Assembly (NCBI GenBank): GCA_951406725.2
Contig: OX597829.1
Coordinates: forward strand, 32,736,001-32,800,000
Source: Octopus vulgaris
Taxonomy: Eukaryota
Direction: 5' to 3'
Length of the DNA stretch: 64,000 nt
The translations under genes and the position numbers were made by a program. This document shows, piece after piece, positions 27,901 through 41,246 of this stretch. The notes beneath the pieces are model-generated. The model saw nothing but the letters and a program-made list of their open reading frames with translations, was not told the DNA's origin and did not search any database. Position 1 is the first letter of the stretch, and every line of letters starts with the position of its first letter.

Positions 27901-28458
27901 TGAGTGAGAGAGCAGTTCATGCCATCAAAGTGACACTGGGGTAAAATATACGAAGCCCAATATACCCATCATGACTACCCGTCTGATAAAGGTACACCAG
28001 GCACATGCATCACAACCATATGTGCGCGACATGGTGATCTCATATCAAGATAAACAGCACATGACCTTGCAGGTGGGGCCCAGTTTGAATTTTCTTCAGG
28101 TTGAGTAGCCCATCCCGCTCAAACGGTCCCCGAATAAGGGTTGTTTAAGGATGTTGAAAGAACCACCCATGTTTCCAGAGGTGAACTATTCAAACCCCAA
28201 AGCATCCCTCTCAACACATGGCTATGATGCTCCCCCACTACTTCTGCTCGTGATCAGAGATGCACATATCGTCAGCCACTAAGGGACATGCTCAACTGGT
28301 TAAGGTCAAACGACTGACAAGCAAATCTGTGGTATTGAGCAGAATATTTGCTGTAGCCCATCTTTTATACCAAGACAAAACAATGTACATGATAACACTT
28401 CCAATCAGTTAAGATCAGAAGCCATGAGAGCCACTGCCTGGTACTGCATCAGGGCATT
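27901..28458 (-). mobile_element. TAA-560 full copy
   Basis: gagtgagagagcag...gccactgcctggtactgcatcagggca between (TTA)n tracts. Confidence 0.88.
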
Positions 28459-28657
<199 letters not shown>

Positions 28658-29332
28658 TAATATTGAACTTTTAATATGTTTGGCACCAATTTCAAGAGCA
28701 ACAAATAACTTCGATTCCAAACATTCTTTTGGAATTACACTTTCCTTCAAATATTTTCACCGAAGAACGGAATTACACATCCTATGTCCCAACTCATTAT
28801 CTTAGAGTTATATCTGTTACTTCAGAATATTCTTTAAATATTTCTTCGAGATCAGTTATGGTTAAATACATTACTAAATATGTAAATCTTCGTTTATCAG
28901 CCCCTACGGGTACATTTGTGGAAAATTGTTGATGTTGATAGGGAAAGGGAGATCTTGTTATTTGTGTTGCTGTCGTTTTATTGTTGTTTGTTTTGTTTGC
29001 ACTGTCGTTGTTGTTTGTGTTATTGTTGCTGTTGTTATTTTGTTGTTTAGTCTTAGTTCAACCCTACAAGAGGAAACTGATAATCAAAAAACGTTCAAAT
29101 CGTCGTAACCCCGTTTCTTTATTTATCTTTTTTTTTCTATATTTATTTATTTCGCTCTATATTTATATATTTATTTATTTATTTTGTATCATTGTCGCAT
29201 CATCCAATACATCCTTTCCTTTTTAAGACGGTACAATGTGATTTAAATTCGGTTGAAATTCTTAGCACGTAGAGTGCCATGTAAAGATTGCCATCACTAC
29301 TGTTGTTGTTCTTCTTCTTGTTGCTATTTTTG

Positions 29333-29531
29333 CTTCTTCTTCTTCTTCTTCTTCTTCTTCTTCTTCTTCTTCTTCTTCTTCTTCTTCTTCTTCTTCTTCT
29401 TCTTCTTCTTCTTCTTCTTCTTCTTCTTCTTCTTCTTCTTCTTCATCATCATCATCTTCTTCTTCTTCTTCTTCTTCTTCTTCTTCTTCTTCTTCTTCTT
29501 CTTCTTCTTCTTCTTCTTCTTCTTCTTCTTC
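29333..29531. repeat. (TTC)n microsatellite
   Basis: Directly visible; source of the poly-E/K/F/L pseudo-ORFs. Confidence 0.95.
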
Positions 29532-29814
29532 CAATCAGGACTCACGCCATTATCCACAAAGAATAATCTCTAATTCGAGCCTACTCTAAGCTACTAAGAA
29601 TGCGTGTGGCAACTTGAAGATCCACCTACCACACGCGATAGACTGGCGGTCGCACGGGCGCGAAAGCTACGTTGTTATCCTCATTCCGTAAACGGTGGCT
29701 TTTAACGGGTGGATAGCTGAACCATCCTCGGGTACAGAGGATTCGCAGTCTAGATTAGTGTCTGAAAGTTTACCACACCATAGTAGGTTACACAATGTGC
29801 ATCTGCTTTGTGGC

Positions 29815-30003
29815 AGAAGTAAGAAGAAAAAGTGAGAGAAAGTTGTGGTGAAAGAGTACAGTGGGGTTCACCCCCACCCTCGCCAGAGCCTCGTAGAGCT
29901 CAGGTGTTTTTGCTCAATAAACTCTCACAATGCCCGGTCTGGGAATCGAAACCGCGTCTTACGACCGCGAGTCCGCTGCCCTAACTGGGCCATTGCGCCT
30001 CCA
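29815..30003 (-). mobile_element. SINE family C, 3'-truncated
   Basis: Reverse complement of ggaggcgcaatggcccagt...cggtttcgattcccagaccggg. Confidence 0.85.
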
Positions 30004-31490
30004 CTGCTGCAGCTGCTGTTGCGGTAGTTATTGCCATTGTTGTCGTTACTATTGTTGCTTGCCCTTAGGTCAGCACTCCTGCTTATCTTTAAATCAGCTG
30101 ACCAGGGGTCAAATACGTTTTGCCCAGGCCACTCTGTCCTTTGTTCCCAGACATAGTTAATGGAGGACTATACTACCCAGTGTCCTTTTTAGAAGACAAC
30201 AAACGAGAAAATTTGAAAGAGTTTCTAACAGTTGTTTTTTGTAGTAAACCAGGCATCCACACACCTGACGTACTTTCTGATTGCTTCATGTGGATGATAG
30301 TAAATAAGTTTATCATGGAACTTAGACGGTTGATGGTTTGCTTTTCTCAGAAGATACTTTATAGGAAAAATGGTTTCATCGAGAAAGAGAGAGGGGGAGA
30401 GAGAGAGAGACAGACAGAGACAAAGAAAGAGAGAGAGAGGGAGAGAGAGCGAAAAGAAGAGAGAGAGAGAGAGAGAGAGAGAAAGTCCTGGGAATAAGGA
30501 TTGTATGTAATTTTTTGTGAGTGCATGTATGTGTGTATGTGTGTATATACGTGTGCGCGTATGTGAGTGTTTGGTATTGTATTACATGTCTATATAAACA
30601 AGATGAGGACAAACAAATAACTAACAGAAATAATACAGACAAACAGGACAAGCAGACAAACGGACAGGCAGACAGGTAGACATGAAAACAGGCAAAGAGG
30701 AAGTGAATAAATTGGAGGGAAAAATACAATATTCTGCAAACAATTTTAGAAAAATAATTACAACAATAAAATTAAATGTATTTGAAGAAGAAATTAAATG
30801 TTGAAAAACAAAAACAAAATCTACATTTCTTAACTTAAGACTAACCGAAAGTCTTTAAAATAATTGCGTATATGTGAAGGGTAAAAGTGAGGAACAACGA
30901 CAGAAGATCGGAGGAACAGGTGAAGCCCAGATGAATAACTAAGAAGATAAAAACAAAAAGATGCAATCGAGGGAAAGAAACGAACCCTAAGGCTTCCTAC
31001 TTGTTTGCGTATATCTGTATATATATATATATATATGAGTGTATATGAATATATACACACACACTCGCTTACATTCTCACACACAGGTACACACGCAGTA
31101 CACGTAGGTACAAATACACATACAGTTAGACACGCATACACAGATACACACGCACACATACGTGTGTTTCTCTGAGGAGACGACAGTCGAAACACATTGG
31201 CCAATTTTTAAAGGAACGCCGAAGAAAATAAAACCTTTCTGTTTTTAATGATGATCTATTTTTGAATTGCGAATGTTTTTCGGTTACATAGATACTTACA
31301 TATATCTGCGCATATATATATGCATTATATGTTAATATGTATGTGTATATGTGTGAGTGTGTATGTATGTATGTATGTATGTATGTATGTATGTATGTAT
31401 GTATGTATGTATGTATGTATGTGACCGCGTGTGTACTGTTGGCGATTTTTTTCCTCCGCAATTCCTTCCTTGGATCTTTCCTTTTTCTAT

Positions 31491-31525
31491 GTTTCTGACG
31501 AAGAGCTCCGCTCGAAACGTTAAAT
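31491..31525 (+). ncRNA. Minimal type I hammerhead ribozyme motif (canonical core) in a solo pLTR-like repeat
   Basis: gttt-CTGACGA-a-gagc tcc gctc-GAAA-cg-TT-aaat. Downstream cc(t/c)gagcgt is shared with the 18898-18966 and 53595-53680 repeats; ends in (TA)n at ~31628. Confidence 0.8.
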
Positions 31526-32134
31526 CATCCTTCTTTCTTTCCTTTCCTGAGCGTCCAATAACACTATACTTGTTCCACGTCATCACGTTGTTGTGTTTTC
31601 TCTTCGTGTTTTCATGTTTCGATTAACTATATATATATATATGGACAACTCGTGTGTTCCTTTTCATCCTTATATATATATATATATATATAAAACTATC
31701 TTGGAAATAGATGCGTGGCGTTCAATCATATAATAATGTAAAAATAATATATACATGCATATATGCATACGTATATGTACTTACATATTGACGTATATAC
31801 ATATGCATATGTGGGCACGAGACGTCACAGAACGTAAATAACAAAAAATACGAAAATATGGAATACGAAATACGATTACATGGAATATGAACTTTTTTTG
31901 CGAACATCAACGGAAAAAATGGAAAACAAGACACGCAATATAAAGAACGGCCCTTCATCAGTTGTCGGCTATTTTTCTAATCCGTATTTCGACCATTTCA
32001 CGACAAGATACACCTTCGATAAAACAGTTGCTCCCGCAAATCAAATTAAATAGTATTTGGGATTTTGCGGAGTGTCAAAATTGGTAACAAAAACAGGACA
32101 GTGAAAACAAACACTGTGGCACGTTGGTAATATT

Positions 32135-32530
32135 GATTTAAATGTTAGCACAAGGCCAGTAATTTCGAGGTATTGGCTAAGCCGATCACATCAACTCAAG
32201 TGCTCAAGTGGTACTTATTTTTTTGACCCCCGAAAGGATGAAAAACAAAGTCGGGTTCAGCGACATTTGAACGTAAAGACGGATGAAATGCCACTAAACA
32301 TTTACCCAGGCGCACTAACTATTCTGCCAGCTCCCCGCTTTACACACATAGGAAGTATTTGTTTCAAATTTCGGGTGTGGGATCTAGTCGATTCCAGTGT
32401 TCAACTTGTACTTATTTTATCGACCTCCGAACGGATGTAAGACAAAGTTAACGTCGGCGGAATTTGAATTCAGAACGTGAGGACGGAAGAAATGCCAATA
32501 AAAATTTTGCCCAGCGTGCTAACTCCCCGC
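32135..32530 (-). mobile_element. Two diverged SINE family A-related copies
   Basis: gtacttattt...cgaaaggatga...gaacgtaaagacggatgaaatgcc pattern occurs twice. Confidence 0.75.
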
Positions 32531-32673
32531 CGAACACATAGGCAATAGTGACACGTAGGTAACATTTTCAGGTACGTTGCCCAAAACCAGTAATATATTG
32601 CTCGATAATAAATTAAATGTGTGTGTGTTCGGTTTTTTTTTTCGTTCTTTGAATCGTTTGTTCGTTGAATGGA

Positions 32674-32722
<49 letters not shown>

Positions 32723-33333
32723 CGGTTCACGTGAGTCCAGATACTTAAATGTATGTTAGTAGATTGTCTTAACATGATTTTGCCTTCGTTTGATTTCTGT
32801 AGTTTTAATCAGTGTATTTTCGGCGATTTAATAAGAGTTCTGACTGTTATTTCAAGCAGATAGACATACTTAGTAGGTCCTTTGATTAATTTTAATCCCT
32901 CGGCTATTTAACGCTATTTTTGTGCCTGCTATCGCCTGTGTCATTGATTCTGTTATTATCATTTTTAAAATAGTTACATTGGATAATAATAGAAATAATG
33001 ACACCTTCGCAAATTAATTTTTGGTGAATTATTTTTCTCGTAAATTGTATCGAGATTATTTTACACTGGTGGCTGCTGTGATTTCGGCGCGAAACGAATC
33101 AGTTGCGGCACAGACTTCAAAACGATGGGTTGGGAATCTCTAATCATGGTAACGCGGGCTGAAGAAGCTAAGGTTTACTTTACCAGTGCAGAAATCGGTC
33201 CACGTGAGTCCAGATACTTAAATGTATGTTAGTAGATTGTCTTAACCTGATTTTGCCTTCGTTTGATTTCTGTAGTTTTCATCAGTGTATTTTCGGCGAT
33301 TTAATAAGAGTTTTGATTAAGTATGTCCTTTGA

Positions 33334-33339
<6 letters not shown>
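32723..33339 (+). mobile_element. Non-coding element with ~150-bp terminal direct repeats (473-bp period) and an HHR-like motif at the junction
   Basis: cggt(t/c)cacgtgagtccagatacttaaatg...gtcctttgattaatt at 32723 and 33196; CTGAAGA...GAAAtcggTC at 33159-33200; (TA)n on both sides. Confidence 0.7.
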
Positions 33340-33390
<51 letters not shown>

Positions 33391-33797
33391 TTGTCTAATA
33401 ATTCATAAGTCAGGAAAAACTAAGCATTCGAATATTTGTCAGTAGAGTCGGTATATCAATCGAAGTGTACAGGTGTACAGTAATTATATATCCATTACGG
33501 CCGATCTTGCAGAGCGATTTCGCACCAGGGGTCAACAGAGTGTTAGATAACAGTCCGATGATGTAACCCTGCTCTCTTCAAAGATGGCTGTTATAGAATG
33601 AAATAATCGTAGCTGCCATCCCGGAAGAGCGCAGGGTTACATAACCAGAGTATTACTTAACATTCGTTGAACCCCTAGTGTGAAATCGATTGGTAACATC
33701 GCCCGCAATAGATATATAATACTGTACACTGCGATTAATACATACACACATATACAGACATATATACCGGAGTAAACACATAAATGCTTTAAATAAA

Positions 33798-33853
<56 letters not shown>

Positions 33854-33994
33854 TATATATATATATATATATATTGGCCTGTTCCCTTAGCCAGCGGGGT
33901 GGCGTCATTTGAAAGCTAAAACAATGCGAAGCGCATTGTGACCAGCGATGTGTAGCAACATCTGATAATTTGGTCGGTTATATATACCATATAT

Positions 33995-34944
33995 ACTGGC
34001 AACTAAGCCCGGTTTCACCCGGTCTGTTTGGATGATGTGGCTGTAATCGTTTTCGGTTAGGCATAATCTATAACACCGTTTCTCAACCTTATCATTTCGA
34101 GTCCCCTGTTTCGATTGGAGCCTCCGGTTGTATGAAAATTTCGTGACTTCCCCTATCCCACGTCAGAAAACATCTTCAGGAGTTGTGAAGAAGTAATTTC
34201 TACGTAGTCTGTTTCTGAGAGTTATTCTATTGGACCTCTGTCTAATCATTAAAACATTGATTTAATTATGAACATAGAAAGAATTTTTTTAAGCAGTTGT
34301 ATCCGTAAAAATTTTCTTTGCAGAGAGCAGAAATTGAAAGAAGATATATGAAATGGACATGTGTGTGTGTATGTGTGTGTATGTGTGTGTGTGAGAGAGA
34401 GAGTGTGCGCGCGCGCGTGTAAGTGTTTACGATTGTTGATTTATAGAAAAGATTATGTTAAATTTTTGAAATGCAAATATGTGGATGAAAATTAAGTTCA
34501 GACCTCTACATGGTAGCTAGAACTGGTAGAAATAGCAGCCAAATCTTCCTCAAAACACTCTACTGTCTTAATCTGACAATACTGCCTATTATACAGTTTG
34601 AATGAGAAACTGTAACTAAAGATTAAAATCATTAACCCCACAAAGAGGTAAAGGAAGAGAGACAGTATAGTGAAGGCTTTCGCTGACTGTCATCCTACTC
34701 CCCTTGTTGCTAGCGAAATAGTTGTTTTAATGGCGGAACCAACAGGGGAATTCCTTTAGAAAAGTTTTAATCGATTTTCTCGGTAAGCATGGGGGCTATG
34801 GAAAAATTACAAACCGCATTCCAATCTATGCATCCGTCTCCACATGTGTGCCATTTTTCACGCGAATCCATCCAGTCGTTTGGCTGTGAACCTCAAGACA
34901 AAAAAGAATACAACGATCGCCCATGTCCAATCTATATTACAGAT
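33995..34944 (+). mobile_element. Non-autonomous Helitron/Helentron-like (Lep1/DINE-1-type) element
   Basis: 5' actggc...cccggtttcacccgg hairpin, internal (GT)n, and 3' gccatttttcac..gaatccatccagtcgttt...tatattacagat architecture. Confidence 0.5.
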
Positions 34945-35041
34945 ATGTGATTAATACACATATATATATAGACATACATACATACATACATACATACATA
35001 CATACATACATACATACATACATACATACATACATACACAT

Positions 35042-35142
<101 letters not shown>

Positions 35143-35704
35143 ATAGAGCAATACAATGGGTGTTTAAAATACAGCTCTTTCTGTAGCATTTTATTAATGC
35201 ATTCATAGATTACATGATAGCATGAACCCATCAGCCTCAGGTAAAATTTTAAATACGTATAAACAAACAAAGTAAAACAAGGTGACCTATTCGCCAGCTA
35301 ACATGATGAACAAGTAATATTTTAAAAAGAACAATCGAATTTATGGAGAAAATGGTGAGGTAAACTGATATTCTAAGAGGTACGATATCAAAACAAATCT
35401 ATATTTCAAGTTTTCATCTTAATTAGTCTATAGTGACGAACCGCTGTGAACCAGACATTGCAATGTATCGGCAGGGGACTTTATGCTAATCAACTTTTAA
35501 TGTGGGCCTAACGTAATTAACAGTAACAACACAAAGACGGTGTTTCTATTAGATACCAAAAAACACATCTACATATTTTCCCAATAGCATGACCATCATG
35601 TACCTCAAAATCTCTCTCTATCTCTTTCTCCCCCTCTCAGTCAATCTATCTATTTATCTACAAATGTGTATGTTTGTGTGTGTACGTGTGTGTGTGGTGG
35701 TGGT

Positions 35705-35748
<44 letters not shown>

Positions 35749-36059
35749 AGCTTCCTTTATAGATTTCTTACCAATGGAGAAAAAGTCAGTTTCTAACCAA
35801 GAGATCCTCAGTTTCTAACCTAGATCCAAGTCTCCTTCATTGGAAGTTTAAACAATATCAACAGGATAGTTGTGCGTGTATGTACAAGAACTTGGAGTCA
35901 GTGCATATGCAGATTTGTATGTTTTGTATTATGTATCTTGTACTCATGCATATAGCTACATGCCTAAACATGTGCAGATGCACTTAAATAATAAACTCTT
36001 GGAAAGTTTTACATATTTTGACCGTTCCATTGATGGCTTGTATTTGTAATCTCCTAATT

Positions 36060-37382
36060 ATTTACCTCATTTCTAGTTTTGAGAAACCTAATTTACCAAG
36101 ATGGTATCAAGGTAGTTTGTTACATATCCCGATATATCAATAATTACAGGTATTAACCGGAACTTGTAATCCAGATAGAGTAGCGGTAAATTTCTCAATT
36201 GCTCAGCGTAATGATTTTCTTTTCTCGCTGATGTTTAGCTTTATGTTGACATCCACTGGGCAACCGATTTCCACCACTGCACATAGATTCTGTTCTTCAT
36301 CATAAATCGCTATATCTGGTCTTTTATGTTTGCATTTTATTGAAGTTCTCTCTGAGACGTTTCACCAGTACTCTTTCATTTTATGTTCTCTACCATACCA
36401 CACTGAAGGTTCTTAACTGTTTGGCCTCATGATCATCCTTCCTACGGATATCATTGCACAATGTCTTAGTTACATCATATCTTATGGGTAGATAATAACG
36501 AAATATCTTCAGACAAATGCTTACGATGTAGGTGATATTGTTGGTGTTAACTTCACTAAGTCTACATTGGTTATCACATTTTGTTATTTTTTCTCGCGTC
36601 TCTGTCCCTTTTGTGCGTCACAAATTGGGTTGATTTTTTCCTGTTCCTGGATTGCAAATGCATACCCTTCGAAGAAAGAGTTAGAGATCACCATCAACGC
36701 CTTAGGTGTATTGCAGGGACAGTAATTACTTTGAATTCCTGCAATGACAGAGTATCTCGATTAAGCTACATCTCTTCGTCCCAGATTTTCCTCCAGCAGG
36801 AATCTGTCTTTTCGCGAAGGAGGTTCTATATTTACTGCTTCTCCTCTCATGTCTCTTATACACTGCTACCTGGTCCCGGTTAAATTTTTTATTATTGTTT
36901 TTCTTTCGGTTATTCTCATTTTGTATCGGTTTTTCACACTAACAGCTTTTAACTCCTGCTTGAGGAAGATCAGTTAACAACTGAGAGATCACTTTTATAC
37001 TATCTCCAAACATCATAATCATCTCCTTCTTTATCTTTTGTTGCTGAGATGTATAGTTATTTGCTTGTTCGAGGATGATAAGCCTTCTATAAGCTGATAG
37101 CCTTCTATAAATCAGATATATTTTTCTATGTATGTACGTACGTATGTATGTATGTATGTATGTATGTATGTATGTATGTATGTATGTATGTATGTATGTA
37201 TGTATGTATGTACGTGTGCTTTCTCCTTTCTGGTTTTGAGAAGCCTAATTTCTCAAGATTGGTATTTAGGCAGTGTGTTACATATCTCAGGATCCCAATA
37301 GTTACAGGTATAAACCTGAACTTGTAATCTGGAATGAGTAACTGCCTATTTCTCAATAGTTCAGCGTGGGTATTCTCTTTTT
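36060..37382 (-). mobile_element. Dong/R4-like remnants associated with (TATG)n
   Basis: CKHKRPDIAIYDEEQNLCAVVEIGCPVDVN...KENHYAE (~36190-36335), and KENTHAELLRN..LLIPDYKFRFIPVTIGIL (37215-37382) between (TATG)n arrays. Confidence 0.8.
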
Positions 37383-39390
37383 GTGTATGTATGTATGTAT
37401 GTATGTATGTATGTATGTATGTATGTATGTATGTATGTATGTATGTATGTATGTATGTATGTATGTATGCATGTATGCATGCATGCATGCATGTATGTAT
37501 GTATGTATGTATGTATGTATGTATGTATGTATGTATGTATGTATGTATGCATGAATGCATGCATGTGTATATGTGTCTTCCTTTCAACAACGTATATCGG
37601 AAAAGTTGTAAACATTGACTCAGTCCCTCCCTCCCACTCACACCACCAGAAATGCAAACTAATTATTGGCCCGTTGTAAACCTACAATAAGTCTGCAACT
37701 GTTTATACCAGTTGGATCATTAATTACTGTCCACATCATAAAATAAATAAGTAAAATGAATGGAGAGGGTATACAGTCATTGAAGAACTGTTTAGTGCGT
37801 TGGTGACCCTCTACTACCCACTGGTCACCGGGTTGAGTTCCTCGCCTAGTTCAGATGCGACAGATCTGCAGATGACCTAGGCTATGTGCCACCAGAAGAC
37901 ATTTCCCACAGCAATGAGGTGTACGTCATCGTTTTTCTTCGTAAGAATGATTAGGCAGACCAAAAAAAGATTCTTCAGCAATAATTCAGGGCGAGTGAAT
38001 GAATCTGTCAATGAGAATCGTAATGTCACTCAGCAGGCAGTAAAGGGAGATAACATTTCGATACCTCCGCTGCTGCTAACAGGGAAAGCCTCAGAGCAGA
38101 TATGATGTCTTTCTAGGAAGCCACGTATAGCGGTTGAGGGTTAGATGAGGGTTTGGATTCGAGATCTACAAGTGGATCCGGATTTTTGAGTTGGCGGGCG
38201 GGCGGCCGAGACCTCCTTGTTGGTGTAGAGGGTGATGTCGTCAACGGTGACTTCCCCGGTGGCAACCGAGACACGGTCTGCGATAAGTTTGGCGTTTACC
38301 CGGTCACGTAAGCACTTTGAGCCGGCGTCAGGAGTGGAGGACAGCGGGCACGCGAATGAGCAGAGTGCAACTTGCCCGGATGTAGTGGGTATATACTCCA
38401 GCCACAAGGTCGAAATGTTGGTTCTGATAAGGACGGTTGTCGATAGGCCACCTCGATCGGCACCAGTGTTGGGGAAGCCGAGAGAGAGCAAAGTTAAACA
38501 GAACAGTCGTGTCAGGCTGATATAAGACAGATTATGAAAGTAGCATGTTGATATTGGCACACGAGCTGCAGGTATCCTCCTGCAGAAGTGGAAGGTGTGC
38601 GGACAATCGGGTACTGGAGCACTGTTCGGCAGCTTGGGTGTTGTCATTTTCTTGACCTCTAAGAATGTGAGGAAGATGGGGTTGTAATGCTGATGTGATG
38701 ATGGTTACTTGTAGAGAGGAAGCTAAGGGTTTGTGATGTATCGAAAATTTATGTAAAATATAGAAGCGGATGCTGTGTTTGAGCAATGGGAGGGAGTATG
38801 GATAAAATATGAGTGCTATGAAAAGAGTAAGACGAAACTGAGAAAAAAGGAAATTAATAATGTGTGAAAAGGAATAGAAGAGAGAGATAAAACTGAGGGG
38901 AAAAAAGATGTTTGAAATATTCGGAAACAAATAAATATAAGTACAACGAATAGGGAGAGACAATATGAGAGAAAAGAAATATGTACCTGTCTATAATTAT
39001 GTTTACCCATGTAAACGTGTGTGAAGAGTTGTGTCCCTTACGATTAATTTACTTTCATAGAAATTATGATTAATTTACTTTCATAGAGTAAGACCTAGAC
39101 TTAAATGAAATCCTCTGATCAATATAATCAATAAAACCCCTGGGGACAGTCCTACAACATTACTGTTATCGAATGTTTTAAACTATAAAAGAAAATAATA
39201 GAGTCTGGAATAGCATCAGCAATTTTATTGTACGTTAAATTACGGGAAGTTACTCGAAGAGGATTTAAGTAAAGGGAGGCTACTCATATGTTTTTTTCCT
39301 AAGGTTTTTTTTTTCATAAGGGAAGGGAGAAAATGCAGTTGTAACTGCATTTTTTCTTTTTCTTTATCTTTTGTAACTCATCTTCTCAAA

Positions 39391-39675
39391 AAGGCGGCGA
39401 GATAACAGAATCGTTAGCACGCCGGGCGAAATGCTTAGCGGTATTTCGTCTGCCGCTACGTTCTGAATTCTAATTCCGCCGAGGTCGACTTTGCCTTTCA
39501 TCTTCTCGGGGTCGATTAAATAAGTACCAGTTACGCACTGGCGTCGATATAATCGACTTAATCTGTCCTTGTTTGTCCTCTCTCTGTTTAGCCCATTGTT
39601 GGTAGTAAAGAAATAGGTATTTCATCCGTCTTTACAAATTTCACTGAGGTTGACTTTGTTTTTCACCCTTTCAAG
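39391..39675 (+). mobile_element. SINE family A full copy
   Basis: Aligns with 3645-3877. Confidence 0.9.
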
Positions 39676-40051
39676 TTTCAGCTGTCCTCGACCCGAAATT
39701 TTAAATCAATTCATGTTTCCAATATTGTGAGTGGGTCAATGAGTATATATACATATGTATACATTGTATAATAAAGGAGCGCTCCAAAGCATATTTGAGT
39801 GCACAACACATTTCGTGAAGACACAATTTAAGGTTTTAGAAAGTTTATATTGAAGTGTTTACAAGTACAATTAATACAGCGGGGTGAGAAGAATGCATTA
39901 ATGCAGTTTCATTTAAGATTTTATACGTAAAACTCTATTAATCCCGTGTGTCATTTCCAATGCTTTACGAACTGGAAAAGATTGAGAACATACTGTTTTT
40001 AGAGAATAATCAAGCGAAGACATCGCTCAAAATCGAGTTGCAGTCTTCATT

Positions 40052-40108
<57 letters not shown>

Positions 40109-40251
40109 CTATGCATGTATGAGTGTGTGGTGTCTGCGTGCGAGCGTGCATGGCTGGTTATATATATACACTATGTACGTATGTGTGTATGTATGTATGT
40201 ATGTATGCATGTATGTATGTATGTATGTATGTATGTATGTATGTATGTATG

Positions 40252-40282
<31 letters not shown>

Positions 40283-40304
40283 GTGACCTGACATGTACGT
40301 ATGT

Positions 40305-40854
40305 CGGATCACTTTTGAGTGCTACTGGTAACATGTAACCCAGTACAACCTCTTGCATGGTCGGGTCGTTGGTGACTAAACCGGCAACCCCACCAAGCTT
40401 GCTTGGTGACGAGGGTGTTTATTGGACACCCTGCGGGTGAAAAACAAAACCCGTCATAGGGCGGAAGAACTCTTGAGAGTCAACGGCCATCCAATAAATG
40501 TCTTAAGGCTGTATCATGCGTGGGGACATAGAAATAATCAGACTGAATACCCGATCACGCGGTTAAACCATTGGGAGTGAAGGACTCTAGCCTTTGTTAG
40601 GGCATCCTTCTAGGAGAAGGTAACTCAGGTAACTGGGATAACTCCGACATAAAACCTGCGGCTCAGTGGTTACCGATGATGTTGACTTGTTTTTCTTTTC
40701 GGATTATGGCTGCTATTGCTTAGTGAGTGGGATTGATTCAGTGCACAGCCTTTCCTCACTTTAAAAAAAATCTTCTTGCGCAGGCATTGCACGATAACAA
40801 CATTGATTAAGCTTCGCGGAATGGCCATACTCGATAACGAGGGGGCAGCCACCA
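40305..40854 (+). mobile_element. ~550-bp non-coding element between (TATG)n arrays, with an RTE-5'UTR-like motif
   Basis: GC-richer unique segment containing gggcatccttctaggagaaggtaactc, resembling the RTE UTR motif at ~23215-23240. No informative ORF. Confidence 0.45.
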
Positions 40855-41213
40855 TGTATGCATGTATGTAAGTATGTATGTATGTATGTATGTATGTATG
40901 TATGTATGTATGTATGTATGTATGTATGTATGTATGCATGTATGTATGTATGTATGTATGCATGCATGCATGTATGTATGTATGTATGTATGTATGCATG
41001 TATGTATGTATGTATGTATGCATGCATGCATGTATGTATGTATGTATGTATGTATGTATGTATGCATGTATGTAAGTATGTATGTATGTATGTATATGTA
41101 TGTATATGTGTGTATGTATATGTGTGTGTATGTATATGTGTATGTATGTATGTATGTATGTATGAATGTATGTATGTATGCATGCATGTATGTATGTATG
41201 CATGCATGCATGC

Positions 41214-41246
<33 letters not shown>

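Noticed and set aside
29253-29573. Poly-E/K/F/L ORFs; poly-H/M/N/I ORFs at 28415-28750 and 22216-22563
   Set aside because: Trinucleotide microsatellites.
31163-31200. CTGAGGA-gac gaca gtc-GAAA-cac as a hammerhead
   Set aside because: Core and stem II fit, but no convincing stem I or UH site could be formed; left uncalled.
31945-32000. Minus-strand GAAA...CTGATGA arrangement (and similar at 63294-63340) as a type II hammerhead
   Set aside because: Stems I and III do not pair convincingly by eye.
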